60,423 nt of DNA from a virus (lineage: Duplodnaviria > Caudoviricetes), in the IMG/VR virus record IMGVR_UViG_3300037470_000309, positions 1 through 60,423 of that record. One strand, given 5' to 3'. The position numbers and the translations under genes are program-made. Numbering within the stretch: the first letter of the stretch is position 1; each line of letters begins with the position of its first letter. This document shows, in pieces, positions 58,486 to 60,423 of this stretch. The notes beneath the pieces were generated by a model that saw only the letters and a program-made list of their open reading frames with translations, made no database searches and was not told where the DNA came from.

Positions 58486-58847
58486 TCCGTCACCACGGCT
58501 GGACACCCAAGCGGCTTGAGCGCCTGCCCAAACTGCTGGCGGAGGGTCTGTCCGCAAGAGAGATCGCCGAACGTCTGGGGGGAGGCATCACCAAGAACGC
58601 GGTGGTCGGCATGGCGCATCGGCTGGACCTGTCATTCGCCCGCAGTCCAACGCAGCAGCAGTTACCGGCGGATTTCGTTCCGCCACCCGAACCCGTCAAG
58701 GCCACCCCCATCGTCATCGCGCGCGACCCGAAGAAGGACCCCAGTCTCTGCGCCATACCGGGCTGCACGAAAACCCGCGTGCGTCCGTACCCACACTGCC
58801 AGCACCACGACCAGGAACGCATTCAGGCAAAGCGGAGGGCCGCATGA
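58482..58847 (+). CDS. GcrA-like regulator (N-terminal HTH)
   Basis: WTPKRLERL..L.AEGLSAREIAERLGGGITKNAVVGMAHRL; C-terminal Cys/His. Confidence 0.8.
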   Translation: MIRHHGWTPKRLERLPKLLAEGLSAREIAERLGGGITKNAVVGMAHRLDLSFARSPTQQQLPADFVPPPEPVKATPIVIARDPKKDPSLCAIPGCTKTRVRPYPHCQHHDQERIQAKRRAA

Positions 58848-59254
58848 TGTATGCCTGTCTGATCCTGCCGTTTCCCGGCTCCGTCAACACGCTCTGGCGC
58901 GCCTACAACAACCGGAACATCAAGTCCGCCCGGGGGCGCGAGTACGACAAGGACGCCGCCCGCGCGCTGGAAAGGCAACGGCCGCTGCCCTTCTTCTCCA
59001 AGCCGGTGCAAATCGTCGCGAGCATGGGGCGGCCGGACAAGCGGCGACGGGATATCGACAACCACTGGAAAGCGGCCGGCGATGCGCTGGTAGCAGCGGG
59101 CGTTCTCGCCGACGATTCCCTGATCCATCGGCTCACCCTGCAATGGGTAGACGACGTGACTGGCGTGCGCGTGGAAATCGAGGAAATCGCTACCGAGACC
59201 GCTTCTCCGCTCTTCGGGAACGCCGTCGAGCGCGCTGCGAGGAGCGTGGCGTAG
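58844..59254 (+). CDS. rusA: RusA Holliday junction resolvase
   Basis: LPFPGSVN, PDKRRRDIDNHWK...D...DDS. Confidence 0.9.
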   Translation: MMYACLILPFPGSVNTLWRAYNNRNIKSARGREYDKDAARALERQRPLPFFSKPVQIVASMGRPDKRRRDIDNHWKAAGDALVAAGVLADDSLIHRLTLQWVDDVTGVRVEIEEIATETASPLFGNAVERAARSVA

Positions 59255-59326
59255 ATGGACTCCCGTGACATGGCCCTCGCCGACTATCTCGCAGCGGCGG
59301 ACGAAGAGAAGCGGAGGGCGGGTTGA

Positions 59327-60423
59327 GTGCCGGCCTACTACAACGAGATCGATCCGTTCGCCGCAGCATGGCTGCGCAACCTCATATCCGAGGGGCTGAT
59401 CGCGCCCGGCGACGTGGACGAGCGCTCGATCGAGGATGTCCGGCCCGATGACCTCGAAGGCTACGAACAGTGCCATTTCTTCGCCGGGATCGGCGGATGG
59501 TCACTCGCGCTGCGTCTCGCCGGATGGCCCGACGACCGACCTGTTTGGACAGGAAGCTGCCCCTGTCCCCCTTTCAGCACAGCCGGCAAGCGCGTTGCGT
59601 GCCCATGCTGCCAGAGCCGCGTGCTTGTCTGGTGCCCTCGACGAACTGGCTTCGCAATATGCGCGGACTGCCACCACGCTTGGCTTGCCGACGCCCGCCA
59701 CCTTTGGCCGGAGCTGTGGCGACTCGTCTCCGTCCGCCGCCCTGCAAGAATTTATGGCGAGCAGGTTGCGTCGCCAGAAGGCGTGGTCTGGCTCTCCGGA
59801 GTACGCGGTTCGCTGGAAATCTGTCGATACGCTGTTGGGGCCTCGGATTTGCCGGCTGCAGGCGTTGGAGCGCCGAACATCCGACAGCGGTTTTTCTGGA
59901 TGGCCGACGCCGCGGGCGAACGAGAACGTGCAAACGAATCTGGCCGAAATAGCCGCAAAAGGCAGTTCGTGGAAGGGGCAAGGTCGCGGCGCAACTGTAG
60001 CGACGATGGCCATGCTGGCTGGCTGGCCGACGCCGAACACGCCATCGGGCGGCCGCTCGGTATCGCCGGAGAAGATGGATGCGACGGGCCGGACGGCGGA
60101 CGGGAAGAAGCACACGGCCAGCCTCGAACATGCGGTGAAGTTCGTCGGATGGGCGACCCCGACCGCGAACCCGGCGAACGGCGAGCCGGAAGCCTTCCTC
60201 GAACGGAAGCGCCGGGCGAAGGCGGCGTTTGGCGCAGCATCCCCATCGTCTGCGACGACGGAAAAATCCGCCGCGTCCCCTGCGATGCGAAAGGCCGCGT
60301 TGAACCCGCGCTTTTCCCTCTGGCTGATGCTGGGGCCGTTCGCAACCGCGTGGGCCTCCTGCGGGGAAGCGGTAACGCGATCAATCCGTTCGTCGCGGCG
60401 GACTTCATCCGGGCAGGGGAGGT
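59327..60423 (+). CDS. C5 cytosine DNA methyltransferase (3'-truncated)
   Basis: YYNEIDP, FFAGIGGW, GSCPCPPFS, GEQV, RQRFFW, GNAI; frame open to the window end. Confidence 0.88.
   Translation, partial: MPAYYNEIDPFAAAWLRNLISEGLIAPGDVDERSIEDVRPDDLEGYEQCHFFAGIGGWSLALRLAGWPDDRPVWTGSCPCPPFSTAGKRVACPCCQSRVLVWCPRRTGFAICADCHHAWLADARHLWPELWRLVSVRRPARIYGEQVASPEGVVWLSGVRGSLEICRYAVGASDLPAAGVGAPNIRQRFFWMADAAGERERANESGRNSRKRQFVEGARSRRNCSDDGHAGWLADAEHAIGRPLGIAGEDGCDGPDGGREEAHGQPRTCGEVRRMGDPDREPGERRAGSLPRTEAPGEGGVWRSIPIVCDDGKIRRVPCDAKGRVEPALFPLADAGAVRNRVGLLRGSGNAINPFVAADFIRAGE

Larger units (their letters stand above)
1..60423. mobile_element. Temperate P22-like phage genome, near complete, apparently in excised/virion configuration
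   Basis: Terminase-portal-scaffold-coat-gp4-gp10-ejection gene order, integrase with attP flanked by phage genes on both sides, cI/cro switch, no host genes. Confidence 0.93.

Overview
The window is a near-complete, high-GC temperate phage genome with P22-like (podovirus) morphogenesis genes and a lambdoid control layout. The GcrA-like gene and tRNA-Phe attP suggest an alphaproteobacterial host. It opens inside the replication initiator (seven 12-bp iteron-like repeats), then runs through a Q-like gene, a LamG accessory block, terminase, portal, scaffold, coat, neck, ejection and tail-fibre genes, and a membrane-protein/moron region. An intact attP (3' half of tRNA-Phe), int/xis, a leftward early operon (exonuclease, ERF), a cI/cro switch with five 17-bp operators, and a rightward operon with three DNA methyltransferases, DnaA-C-like, GcrA-like and RusA genes follow. 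The standout is a 958-aa protein in the gp4 (head-tail adaptor) slot made of eight tandem ~117-aa gp4-like domains. Also notable are an Acb1-like 2H phosphoesterase inside the 2732-aa ejection protein, protein-modifying enzymes among the virion genes, a -1 slippery site that restores a signal peptide, a dual-coding C5 methyltransferase region, and no recognisable endolysin. All family calls come from motif recognition and synteny; no searches were run.
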